This document shows, one piece after another, positions 38,348-47,043 of a DNA stretch of 64,000 nucleotides (its first letter is position 1; every line of letters starts with the position of its first letter). Under the pieces are notes generated by a model, which worked only from the letters and a program-made list of their open reading frames with translations, had not been told where the DNA came from and made no database searches. Source of the DNA: an uncultured Lachnospiraceae bacterium (GTDB lineage: Bacteria > Bacillota > Clostridia > Lachnospirales > Lachnospiraceae); assembly GCA_947625875.1 (NCBI GenBank), contig CANQQG010000002.1, positions 15,139 to 79,138 on the forward strand, in the 5' to 3' direction. A program made the position numbers and the translations under genes.

Positions 38348-39283
38348 ATGGCGATTACAGCAGGAATGGTAAAAGAGCTGCGTGAAATGACAGGCGCAGG
38401 TATGATGGATTGTAAGAAAGCCCTGAATGAGACAAACGGAGATATGGATGCTGCCGTTGAGTTCTTGCGTAAAAACGGGCAGGCAAAGGCGGAGAAGAAA
38501 GCTTCCCGCATTGCGGCGGAAGGCATTGTGAAAGTCGTTGTCGAGAATGACAGGAAAGCGGCGATTGTTGAGGTAAATTCTGAGACGGACTTTGTCGCAA
38601 AGAATGAAAAGTTCCAGACATATGTTGAGAAAGTTGCAAAGCAGGCGCTTGCTTCTGACGCGGCGGATATGGATGCTTTTATGGAAGAGGCATGGCTGGA
38701 AGATACATCAAAGACGGTAAAGGATTCTCTGGTAGAGCAGATCGCTGTTATTGGTGAGAACCTCAAAATCCGCAGATTTGAAAAAACGGAAGCTGAGAAC
38801 GGCTGTGTCGTTGATTATATTCATGGCGGCGGACGTATCGGCGTTGTCGTTGTAGCGGATACTGCAGTGGTAAATGATGCTGTGAAAGAAGCTCTGAGAA
38901 ACCTTTGTATGCAGATTGCAGCCCTGAATCCGAAGTACATCAGCAGGGATGAGATCAGCGCGGATTATATCGCGCATGAAAAAGAGATCCTGTTAGCGCA
39001 GATCATGAATGATCCAAAGGAATCACAGAAGCCGGAAAAAGTAATCAATGGTATGATCGAAGGCCGCGTGAACAAAGAGCTGAAGGAAATCTGCCTGGTA
39101 GATCAGGTCTATGTAAAGGCGGAAGACGGAAAGCAGACGGTTGGAAAATATCTTGAGCAGGTGTCAAAAGAGGCAGGCTCTCCAGTATCGGTTAAGAAGT
39201 TTATCCGTTATGAGACAGGCGAAGGTCTGGAAAAGAAGAACGAAGACTTTGCGGCGGAAGTTGCGGCGCAGATGGGTATGTAG
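38348..39283 (+). CDS. tsf: elongation factor Ts
   Basis: VKELREMTGAGMMDCKKAL, EVNSETDFVAKN. Confidence 0.98.
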   Translation: MAITAGMVKELREMTGAGMMDCKKALNETNGDMDAAVEFLRKNGQAKAEKKASRIAAEGIVKVVVENDRKAAIVEVNSETDFVAKNEKFQTYVEKVAKQALASDAADMDAFMEEAWLEDTSKTVKDSLVEQIAVIGENLKIRRFEKTEAENGCVVDYIHGGGRIGVVVVADTAVVNDAVKEALRNLCMQIAALNPKYISRDEISADYIAHEKEILLAQIMNDPKESQKPEKVINGMIEGRVNKELKEICLVDQVYVKAEDGKQTVGKYLEQVSKEAGSPVSVKKFIRYETGEGLEKKNEDFAAEVAAQMGM

Positions 39284-39287
39284 TGAT

Positions 39288-39328
39288 ATCAGGGCGTAAA
39301 TCCAGGTGGTTTACGTCCTGATTTTTTT
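39288..39328 (+). terminator. intrinsic terminator after tsf
   Basis: ATCAGGGCGTAAA / TTTACGTCCTGAT 13-bp stem (one G-U) followed by a T run. Confidence 0.8.
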
Positions 39329-40573
39329 CATTTCTTTGATCCGGTAATCGTCCATAAGTTTAACGCAGCCTGCCACATCCGTTTCTTTGCGGAACAGTTT
39401 TTTCAGCGCGGCGTCTATGTCTTCCGCACTGTAACCGATGATTTTTGACGCGGCCGTTGAGGCCCGCCCGTTTTCAGCGATGGAAACGCTGGCGTTTGTC
39501 ACCATTGGGGACTGGATATTTGTTGTCTGCCCCTGAAAGCAGTTTACGGTGGAGATTCCGTCGAATGCAGTATTGTAATTATCGGCAGAGGCGCAGAATG
39601 ACAGGAATCCCAATGCTTTATCTAACTGCGCGCTGTCTTTGTTTACCATCATCATATTCAGGTTGCCGTCTTCGTATGTGCCGTTGTCAACGGTATTTAA
39701 AAATACAGGCATCAGGGCGAAGTCATCAACGGAATATTTGTTGTCTTTTTCAAAATCCGTATAAAACCAGGTATCCCAGATAAAAGTCATGACGGCGTTT
39801 CCGGAGGCGATGGACGGGCTGATCTCCGACCAGCCGGTTTCCATGTAATCATCTCCGAGCCAGCCTTTGTCTGCGGCGTCAGCGATCCACTGCACCATAT
39901 CCGTCACTTCCGGAATATCCGCATAAGAAATCTCATTATTATTCAGTTTTTCCAGCAGGGAAGGGTTATCGGCAAAAACCGGGTCAAGGCCGAATTGGAA
40001 CATCCACGAGCAGCCGTTTGCGGGCCAGCAGATCGGCGTATATCCGGTATCGGCGAGAACCTGGCATAAAACGTCAAATTCCGCCTGCGTTGCCGCCGGT
40101 TTCAGTCCCAGGCTGTCAAGAATCGTTTTATTATAATAACACCCGGAGACAGAATTTTCCCAGAAAGGCAGGCCTAAAAGATTGCCGTCGCTGTCCGAGC
40201 AGTAAGCGCGCGCATTGTCTGTCAGGTCGGATACCCACGTTTCATTATTCAAATAATAAAAATGTTCCGGGACGTCAAAAAGGTTTAAATCCGCATTGTG
40301 AAAATGCAGGAAAATATCCGGCGCCTCTCCGTTTGCAAAACGGTCTGCGGCCGCGGCTTCGTATTCTGCGTCCTCAATGGCGATAATGTCCAGTTTGTTT
40401 CCGGTTTTTTCTTCGTATTGTTCAAAAATGCTGGTCATATAGCTTTTTTGCAGGTCGCTTTTTTTGCCCATGACGGTCAGCGGCTCGGTATGTTCCGGCG
40501 CGTGAAGCCCGTTGCATGCGCTCAGGAAAAGCAGGGCGGCAAGCGTCAGTATGGGTAAACATTTTTTCATCAT
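39311..40573 (-). CDS. ABC-type carbohydrate-binding lipoprotein (CUT1/SBP_bac family), no adjacent permeases
   Basis: Lipoprotein signal MKKCLPILTLAALLFLSAC; GEAPDIF, GNLLGLPF, GCYYNKTILD motifs. Confidence 0.85.
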   Translation of the reverse strand: MMKKCLPILTLAALLFLSACNGLHAPEHTEPLTVMGKKSDLQKSYMTSIFEQYEEKTGNKLDIIAIEDAEYEAAAADRFANGEAPDIFLHFHNADLNLFDVPEHFYYLNNETWVSDLTDNARAYCSDSDGNLLGLPFWENSVSGCYYNKTILDSLGLKPAATQAEFDVLCQVLADTGYTPICWPANGCSWMFQFGLDPVFADNPSLLEKLNNNEISYADIPEVTDMVQWIADAADKGWLGDDYMETGWSEISPSIASGNAVMTFIWDTWFYTDFEKDNKYSVDDFALMPVFLNTVDNGTYEDGNLNMMMVNKDSAQLDKALGFLSFCASADNYNTAFDGISTVNCFQGQTTNIQSPMVTNASVSIAENGRASTAASKIIGYSAEDIDAALKKLFRKETDVAGCVKLMDDYRIKEMKKIRT

Positions 40574-43155
40574 TCTTCTTCTCCTTTTTCGGCCGCGTAT
40601 ACCGATTGCGCGGTTTCTTTGTGGCTCATAAGCTGTCCGACCAGCGCCTTTACAGCGCTCATGTCGACCGGTTTGGCAAGGTGTCCGTCCATTCCGGCGT
40701 CAAGCGCGTCGCGGACGTCTTCCGCAAACGTATTCGCTGTCATGGCGACGATCGGGATTGTGGAGGCTTCCGGATGGCTGCAGGCGCGGATCTGCCGGGT
40801 GGCTTCGTAACCGTTCATGACGGGCATCTGCACATCCATCAGAACCATGTCATAATGCCCGGGTTCGGACTTTTGGAACAGTTCCAGCGCCTGCCGTCCG
40901 TTTTCTGCCAGTTCGCAGTCCGCCCCTTCCATGTGGAGCATTTCCGTCAGTATTTCCGCATTCAGTTCATTGTCCTCTGCGACAAGGAAAAGGCGGCCGT
41001 CCATAGCGTTTTCCGATGGGGGTTCCGCTCCGTCATCCGGCTGCGCATTGGGGAGCGTGCGTTTGGCGTCTTCCTGTTCCGGCAGCGCAAACGACAGCTC
41101 AACAGTAAAGGAGCTTCCCTGTCCCGGCTGGCTTTCCACATAGATAATGCCGCCCATCAGATCCACCAGGTTTTTTGTAATCGCCATGCCAAGGCCGGTT
41201 CCCTGGATTTTATTTGTGACCGAACTGACTTCCCGGCTAAAAGGCATGAAAATCTGTTTTTGAAATTCTTCGCTCATGCCAATGCCGTTGTCTTTCACGA
41301 CAAAACGCAGCTTGGTAAACTGCGGCGCGGCTTTTGGCAGCTCGTTTACTGTAAAAGTGATCCTGCCGCCGTTTGGAGTGTATTTGATCGCATTTGATAG
41401 CAGATTAATCAAAATCTGGTTCAGCCGCAGCTTATCGCCGCTGATTTCTTCCGGCGGCGCGCCTTCGATCTGGATTTCAAAGTCCTGTTCTTTTGCTTTT
41501 GCCTGCGGCATTAAAATAATATGCAGCTCATCAAGCAGCTCCGGCAGGCTGAAAACATCGACATTCAGCGATGTTTTGCCGCTTTCGATCTTGCTCATGT
41601 CCAATACGTCGTTGATCAGGCTGAGCAGATGATGGCTCGAAGCCGTTATCTTGCGGGTGTATTCCCGCACTTTGTCCGCCTCTTCCGCATCTTTTTCCAG
41701 CAATACGGCAAAGCCGACGATCGCATTCATCGGGGTGCGGATGTCATGGGACATATTTGAGAGGAAATTGCTCTTTGCCTCATTTGCGCTTTTTGCCGCG
41801 GTCAGCGCTTCCTGTAATTGCTGGTTCATCTGCTGTTCGAGGGTGCGGTCGGACAGTACGATGATATATTTCTCAGATCCCTGGATGTACATACGATAGA
41901 CGGTCATCTTATACCAGCGGCGTTCGCCGGTAGTCTGGTGCCGGTATTCGCATTCGCGGGAAATGCTGCCGTTTAAGGGGATCGCCTGAAGCTCCTCCTG
42001 CGGAATTACGACATTATAATTCACAGCGCATTTTTCCATGACGCGGATGTTTTCCCGCGCGGATCTTACGGGAATGCCCAGCAGGCGTTTGATGTTCGGA
42101 CTGACATAATCCACATGCTGGTTTTCCGTATCGAGCATTAAAAAGATATCATCCACGCTGTTTGAAAGCACGTCAAACATTAATTCCCGGTATTGCAGTT
42201 CCATTTTGCTCTTGCGCGACTGCTGGTAGCTGCGCAACGCAAACATCACCGTTACCGTTATGCCGATCAGCAGGAAAATGACGCTCAGGACATGCATGGT
42301 CGTCTTCTGGACGGATAAAAATCCTGCGCTGACCGCGCTTTGCGGCACGACGCTTAACAGGATATAATCCTGATAGCCGACAGGCTGGTATAAAATGCAG
42401 TGGCTGACGTCGCCTATTTTGCACTGCAGCAGGCCGGACGCTTTGTTTTTCCAGTCTTTCTGGAGTTTCTCCAGCGCTTTTTTATCCAGATCGGAAGCCG
42501 CCTTTAAATACGTAAGGTAGTTATCAAATACATTGCCGCCTGTCAGGGTGGAAAGCAGGACGTCTCCGTCGTTATGTATGACAAAGCATTTGGCTTTGCC
42601 GGCAAAAGCGTTTACATTCAGAGAGCTTGCCAGATCTGCATTGGTGTAGCTGATGGAGATCGCGTCAAATGCAAAGCCGTTATAAGCGTTGTGCTTTACC
42701 GGAACGGCAAAAATCGTGACATCCTGCCCGTTGTCTAACGTTTTGCCGGTCATGATCGGTTCCCCCCGCTGCATGAGCAGTTCCCAGGGCTCTCCGGTCG
42801 CAATTGTTTTTTTTGTGCCGTCCAGGGCCATGCAGACCTTGTTTTCAGAGAGAAAATAAAATTGTGAAAAGCCCCAGTAATCCTGTTCTTCGGTAATAAA
42901 ATCAGTGACTGTGCCGCTTTTTAGGTCTTCCGCCATGGAAAAATAATCACCCCATCCGTCCAAAAGCCCCCAGTTTCTCTCGACAAAAGAGGCGAAAGAA
43001 CGGTTTACCTGGCTGTAGATTTCTTCCAGATGGCCGGTGCTGTCCTCGTAAATCCGCACCGAGATAAAACGAAAGTAAAAGTTTCCTATTATAAGAACAG
43101 CGACAGCGACGACGCCCATAAAACATAGCGGGAATATTTTTTTGAACCTTTTCAT
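40570..43155 (-). CDS. hybrid sensor histidine kinase/response regulator (TM, Cache-like, TM, PAS-like, HisKA, HATPase, REC)
   Basis: FLSNMSHDIRTPMNA H-box, NLLSNAIKYT, GTGLGMAI, REC with EDNELN and MDVQMP. Confidence 0.92.
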   Translation of the reverse strand: MKRFKKIFPLCFMGVVAVAVLIIGNFYFRFISVRIYEDSTGHLEEIYSQVNRSFASFVERNWGLLDGWGDYFSMAEDLKSGTVTDFITEEQDYWGFSQFYFLSENKVCMALDGTKKTIATGEPWELLMQRGEPIMTGKTLDNGQDVTIFAVPVKHNAYNGFAFDAISISYTNADLASSLNVNAFAGKAKCFVIHNDGDVLLSTLTGGNVFDNYLTYLKAASDLDKKALEKLQKDWKNKASGLLQCKIGDVSHCILYQPVGYQDYILLSVVPQSAVSAGFLSVQKTTMHVLSVIFLLIGITVTVMFALRSYQQSRKSKMELQYRELMFDVLSNSVDDIFLMLDTENQHVDYVSPNIKRLLGIPVRSARENIRVMEKCAVNYNVVIPQEELQAIPLNGSISRECEYRHQTTGERRWYKMTVYRMYIQGSEKYIIVLSDRTLEQQMNQQLQEALTAAKSANEAKSNFLSNMSHDIRTPMNAIVGFAVLLEKDAEEADKVREYTRKITASSHHLLSLINDVLDMSKIESGKTSLNVDVFSLPELLDELHIILMPQAKAKEQDFEIQIEGAPPEEISGDKLRLNQILINLLSNAIKYTPNGGRITFTVNELPKAAPQFTKLRFVVKDNGIGMSEEFQKQIFMPFSREVSSVTNKIQGTGLGMAITKNLVDLMGGIIYVESQPGQGSSFTVELSFALPEQEDAKRTLPNAQPDDGAEPPSENAMDGRLFLVAEDNELNAEILTEMLHMEGADCELAENGRQALELFQKSEPGHYDMVLMDVQMPVMNGYEATRQIRACSHPEASTIPIVAMTANTFAEDVRDALDAGMDGHLAKPVDMSAVKALVGQLMSHKETAQSVYAAEKGEEE

Positions 43156-43215
43156 GAAAAACCCGTACTCCTTAAAAATCAGCTTTATTTTTCCTGTGTT
43201 TGATTTTACAGCGCT

Positions 43216-43244
43216 ATTTTATCACTTTGATAAAAATAAATCAA
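43216..43244 (-). promoter_or_regulatory. candidate sigmaA promoter of the kinase-SBP operon
   Basis: On the minus strand: TTGATT, 17 bp, TG-extended TAAAAT. Confidence 0.5.
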
Positions 43245-43272
43245 TCAATTGGGCTGGTTTTGGAAAAACAGG

Positions 43273-43301
43273 TAGACAAAATGCGGATTCTCTTTTATAG
43301 T
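43273..43301 (+). promoter_or_regulatory. candidate sigmaA promoter of the Na/Pi cotransporter
   Basis: TAGACA, 17 bp, TATAGT. Confidence 0.5.
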
Positions 43302-43364
43302 TAATCATATACGCTTATTGACAAAGGGATAATATCCGGCAGGGTACAAGGAGATCATAAGGGA

Positions 43365-44993
43365 ATGTTTACAATTATTCTTGGGCTGATAGGGGGTCTG
43401 GGCCTCTTTCTATTTGGAATGAAACTGATGAGCGACGGGCTGGAAAAGGTGGCAGGCGTAAAAATGCGCAGCATCCTCGAATTTTTTACAAAGACGCCGG
43501 TAAGGGGGATTTTAGTCGGCGTACTCTTTACGGCAGTGATCCAGTCCTCAAGCGCAGCGACGGTCATGGTCGTTAGTTTTGTAAATTCGGGGCTTTTAAA
43601 TCTTTATCAGGCGGCAGGCGTGATCATGGGGGCGAATATCGGCACGACGGTAACGACGCAGCTGATCTCTTTTAATCTGTCTGAATTGGCGCCGCTGATT
43701 GTAATGGCGGGCGTAATCATGAATATGTTCTGTAAAAAAACGGATGTGCAGAGGGCGGGGGAGGTGCTGCTTGGTTTTGGCATTTTATTTATGGGGCTTA
43801 CAACGATGTCGGATTCCATGTCGGGGCTCCGGGAGTCGCCGGAGGTCGTAAGGATCATGGGTTCCCTGTCCAATCATTTTGCGGCCCTGCTTACGGGCGT
43901 TGTCGTGACGGCGGTTCTGCAGAGTTCGTCTGCGACGGTCGGCATCGTATTGCTGCTCGCGCAGCAGGGGCTGCTTGATATCCGGATCTGCCTGTTCATC
44001 ATTTTAGGGTGCAACATCGGCGCCTGCGTTTCCGCGCTTCTTGCGGGTTTGAACGGCAGGCGGGATGCAAAGCGCGCGGCGTTGATCCATCTGCTTTTTA
44101 ATATTATCGGTACGGTGATCATGTTTGTGTTTTTCAGCGTGGCGCTGGAGCCGGCAGTGCATTTTATCGAACGGATCTCACATATGGACGCGGGACGGGA
44201 AGTGGCAAACGCCCATTCGCTGATCAAGATCATCGAAGTGATCATGCTTGCGCCGTTTATAAAACAGATCGTGAAGATGACGGAATATTTGGCGCCGCGG
44301 GAGAGGCCGGATGGGAAAAAGGATTCGGAACTGCAGTACATAGGAAAAAATTCTGTATTTTCACCGGCAACGGCAGTCCTGGACGCAACCAGGGAAATGG
44401 ACCGGATGGGGAAAATGGCGGTCAAAAATCTGCAGCGCGCCATGAATGTGCTCATTACACTGGACGAGGAAGATATCGACGAGGTTTATGCGGTAGAAAA
44501 TAAAATTGATTTTTTAAACCATGCGATCACGAATTATCTTGTAAAGATCAACCAGATGACGCTCCCGACCGGTGATAAAAATATGATCGGCGGCCTGTTC
44601 CATGTGGTGAACGACATTGAGCGGATCGGCGACCATGCGGGGAATATCGCGGACGCGGCATGCACGCGCAGGCGCATCCGGGTGGAGTTCAGCGAACCTG
44701 CGAAACGGGAGCTCTGTGAGATGTTAGAGGCGGTCATTACAATCGCTACGTATTCGCTGGATATGTTTTCCCATAACAATCAGGAGCATATGCAGGAGAT
44801 CCTTGATCTGGAAGACCGCGTGGACAAAATGGAACGGCAGTATCAGGAATCCCATATCGGACGCCTCACGCGCGGAGAATGCACAGCAAGCGCCGGCATG
44901 ATGTTTTCGGACATCATCTCCGACCTGGAGCGCGTTGCAGACCATGCCACGAATATCGCGTTTTCTTTAATGGAGCATAAATATCAGCCGTAA
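43365..44993 (+). CDS. Na+/Pi cotransporter family protein with C-terminal PhoU domains
   Basis: Duplicated QSSSA motifs, GANIGTT / GCNIG, two PhoU-like repeats (DIERIGDHA, DLERVADHA). Confidence 0.92.
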   Translation: MFTIILGLIGGLGLFLFGMKLMSDGLEKVAGVKMRSILEFFTKTPVRGILVGVLFTAVIQSSSAATVMVVSFVNSGLLNLYQAAGVIMGANIGTTVTTQLISFNLSELAPLIVMAGVIMNMFCKKTDVQRAGEVLLGFGILFMGLTTMSDSMSGLRESPEVVRIMGSLSNHFAALLTGVVVTAVLQSSSATVGIVLLLAQQGLLDIRICLFIILGCNIGACVSALLAGLNGRRDAKRAALIHLLFNIIGTVIMFVFFSVALEPAVHFIERISHMDAGREVANAHSLIKIIEVIMLAPFIKQIVKMTEYLAPRERPDGKKDSELQYIGKNSVFSPATAVLDATREMDRMGKMAVKNLQRAMNVLITLDEEDIDEVYAVENKIDFLNHAITNYLVKINQMTLPTGDKNMIGGLFHVVNDIERIGDHAGNIADAACTRRRIRVEFSEPAKRELCEMLEAVITIATYSLDMFSHNNQEHMQEILDLEDRVDKMERQYQESHIGRLTRGECTASAGMMFSDIISDLERVADHATNIAFSLMEHKYQP

Positions 44994-45016
44994 CAGAGTT
45001 TTTTGCGCCGTTGGCA

Positions 45017-45043
45017 TTCAGTTCTCTCAAAAATTGCCGATAC
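45017..45043 (+). promoter_or_regulatory. sigma28 (FliA/SigD)-type promoter
   Basis: TTCAGTTC-N11-GCCGATAC versus consensus TAAAGTTT-N11-GCCGATAA. Confidence 0.6.
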
Positions 45044-45089
45044 ATATTATAACGCAGTACAAAAAGACGAAAAAACAGGAGGTGCCTGC

Positions 45090-45752
45090 ATGAGGATTAC
45101 AACATCCATGATGAATGAAACGGCAAAAAGGACAGGGATTCCCATAAATCAAAATTCCCTGCTCAGCTATATCAACCAGGAAGAGAGCTCCGGAAATTCC
45201 CTGCTGGACGCGCTTGGCAAAAATACGGGCGCAGACGGCGCATGGAGCCAGGATTATAAGAAACTGGAAAAGGCGGCGGAGAATCTGGGCAGCTATGCGG
45301 AAAAACTTGCGGTGAGCGGCGAGGATTCCTTTTATGACAAAATGCGCGCCGGAGAAGAAACGCCGGAAGTTTATGATACGGTCGGGGATCTGGTCGAAGC
45401 ATATAATGATACGGTCAGGCGGCTGGAGCAGTCGTCAGGCGCGTTAAATACATATTACAGACAGATGCTGGAACAGACCGCGCAGCAGAATAAAGACGCG
45501 CTTGAAAAGGTCGGGATTACGATTAATAAAGACGGCACGCTTGCGGTTGATACGGAAAAGCTGAAAGCGGCGTCTGCAGATGATCTGGAAGCGGTATTTG
45601 GCGCAGAAAGCACGTTTACAACGAGGACGGGCTTTATCGCGGGACGGGTTTCGGATAATGCGCGGGCCGGTATGGAAAGCATAGCGGGGCAGTACAGCGC
45701 GTCGGGCGATCTGGTTTCGCAGGTGACGTCAAAATATAATTTCCGGAGTTAA
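45090..45752 (+). CDS. small FliD C-terminal-domain-like protein (220 aa)
   Basis: AGGAGG RBS; LVEAYNDTV and LEKVGITINKDGTLAVDTEKLKAA...VFG resemble FliD_C signatures. Confidence 0.65.
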   Translation: MRITTSMMNETAKRTGIPINQNSLLSYINQEESSGNSLLDALGKNTGADGAWSQDYKKLEKAAENLGSYAEKLAVSGEDSFYDKMRAGEETPEVYDTVGDLVEAYNDTVRRLEQSSGALNTYYRQMLEQTAQQNKDALEKVGITINKDGTLAVDTEKLKAASADDLEAVFGAESTFTTRTGFIAGRVSDNARAGMESIAGQYSASGDLVSQVTSKYNFRS

Positions 45753-45764
45753 GAGCGGAAAGCG

Positions 45765-45804
45765 AAAGGACTGTGGCATTAAGAAGGCGCACAGTTCTTT
45801 TTTT
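45765..45804 (+). terminator. intrinsic terminator after the FliD-like gene
   Basis: AAAGGACTGTG / CACAGTTCTTT stem followed by a T run. Confidence 0.7.
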
Positions 45805-46026
45805 GCAGATCAATTGCTTCCGGCCGCTTCTTTTACCTTGAAAGTATCTGATAATTTCTGGATTTAATACACAAATTTAACAAGCAAAACAAAAATGCAG
45901 AAAATACACGTGTAATTTTTAAAAAAAACAACAATACTAACAAAAAAAATAATATAAATTGCCGGGCAAATATGATACAATTGATTCGATAAAAAGTTAC
46001 TGAGTCCAGAAGCCAGGGGGCAGTGC

Positions 46027-47016
46027 ATGAGTAGTAATAATAATCAGGGTTTAAATGAACGTCTGGCGCATAAGAAGCGGGTGCAGCGGATCAAGACAGG
46101 GATTATCCTGTTTGTCATTACCTGGATGCTGGTATCTATGTTGATTTCCGTCACGCTGATCGTGAAGGTATTCTCTCTCCAGAAGCAGATTGACATCCTG
46201 ACAGAGAATACGATCAAAAGCCAGCAGGTGGAGCAGCAGGAAAACGAGGCCGCGGGCCCCGGGGAATTAGAAAAGTACGATTCTGCGGGGCAGGGTTCTG
46301 TCGCGGACGACGCTTCTGAGAAGGCGCTGCAGACGGAGGGAAAAGCTTCCGATGCGGCGGATGCGGCAGTAAAAACAGAAGATATGAAGGTCTATCTGAC
46401 ATTTGACGACGGGCCGAGCGCAAATACAGAAAGGATATTGGATATTCTTGATTCCTACAACATAAAAGCGACGTTTTTTGTTGTTGGGAAAGAAGATGAG
46501 AAGTCGCTGGAGCGCTACCAACAGATCGTGGAGCGCGGGCACACGCTTGGGATGCATTCTTATTCCCACAAATATAACCTTGTCTATGAGTCCCTTGATT
46601 CTTTCAAAGCGGATTTAAATAAAATCCAGAGCCTGTTGAAAGAGACGACAGGGGAAGAATGCAGGCTGTACCGTTTTCCGGGCGGCAGCAGCAACCAGGT
46701 CAGCAATACGGACATGAGTGAATTTATCCGCTATCTGAATGAGGCGGGCATCACGTATTATGACTGGAATGTGGAGTGCGGCGACGCGACGGACCATGCG
46801 TATACGGCGGACGAGATGGTGGAAAATGTAATGAATGATGTGGTAAAGCACAGCACGTCCGTTGTTTTGATGCACGATGCGGAGGATAAGCCGAATACGG
46901 TGGAAGCGCTTCCGCTTATTATTGAAAAGCTTCAGGGTCTGGGGGCGCAGATCCTGCCGATTGATGAGAATGCGGCGGTTATACAGCATGTTTCCGCAGA
47001 TAGTGTGGAAGAATGA
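46027..47016 (+). CDS. membrane-anchored polysaccharide (peptidoglycan) deacetylase, CE4/NodB family
   Basis: TM segment plus coiled coil; YLTFDDGP, HSYSH, YRFPGGS, VLMHD motifs. Confidence 0.92.
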   Translation: MSSNNNQGLNERLAHKKRVQRIKTGIILFVITWMLVSMLISVTLIVKVFSLQKQIDILTENTIKSQQVEQQENEAAGPGELEKYDSAGQGSVADDASEKALQTEGKASDAADAAVKTEDMKVYLTFDDGPSANTERILDILDSYNIKATFFVVGKEDEKSLERYQQIVERGHTLGMHSYSHKYNLVYESLDSFKADLNKIQSLLKETTGEECRLYRFPGGSSNQVSNTDMSEFIRYLNEAGITYYDWNVECGDATDHAYTADEMVENVMNDVVKHSTSVVLMHDAEDKPNTVEALPLIIEKLQGLGAQILPIDENAAVIQHVSADSVEE

Positions 47017-47043
47017 TTACATACGGATAAATGGAGGTATGAC

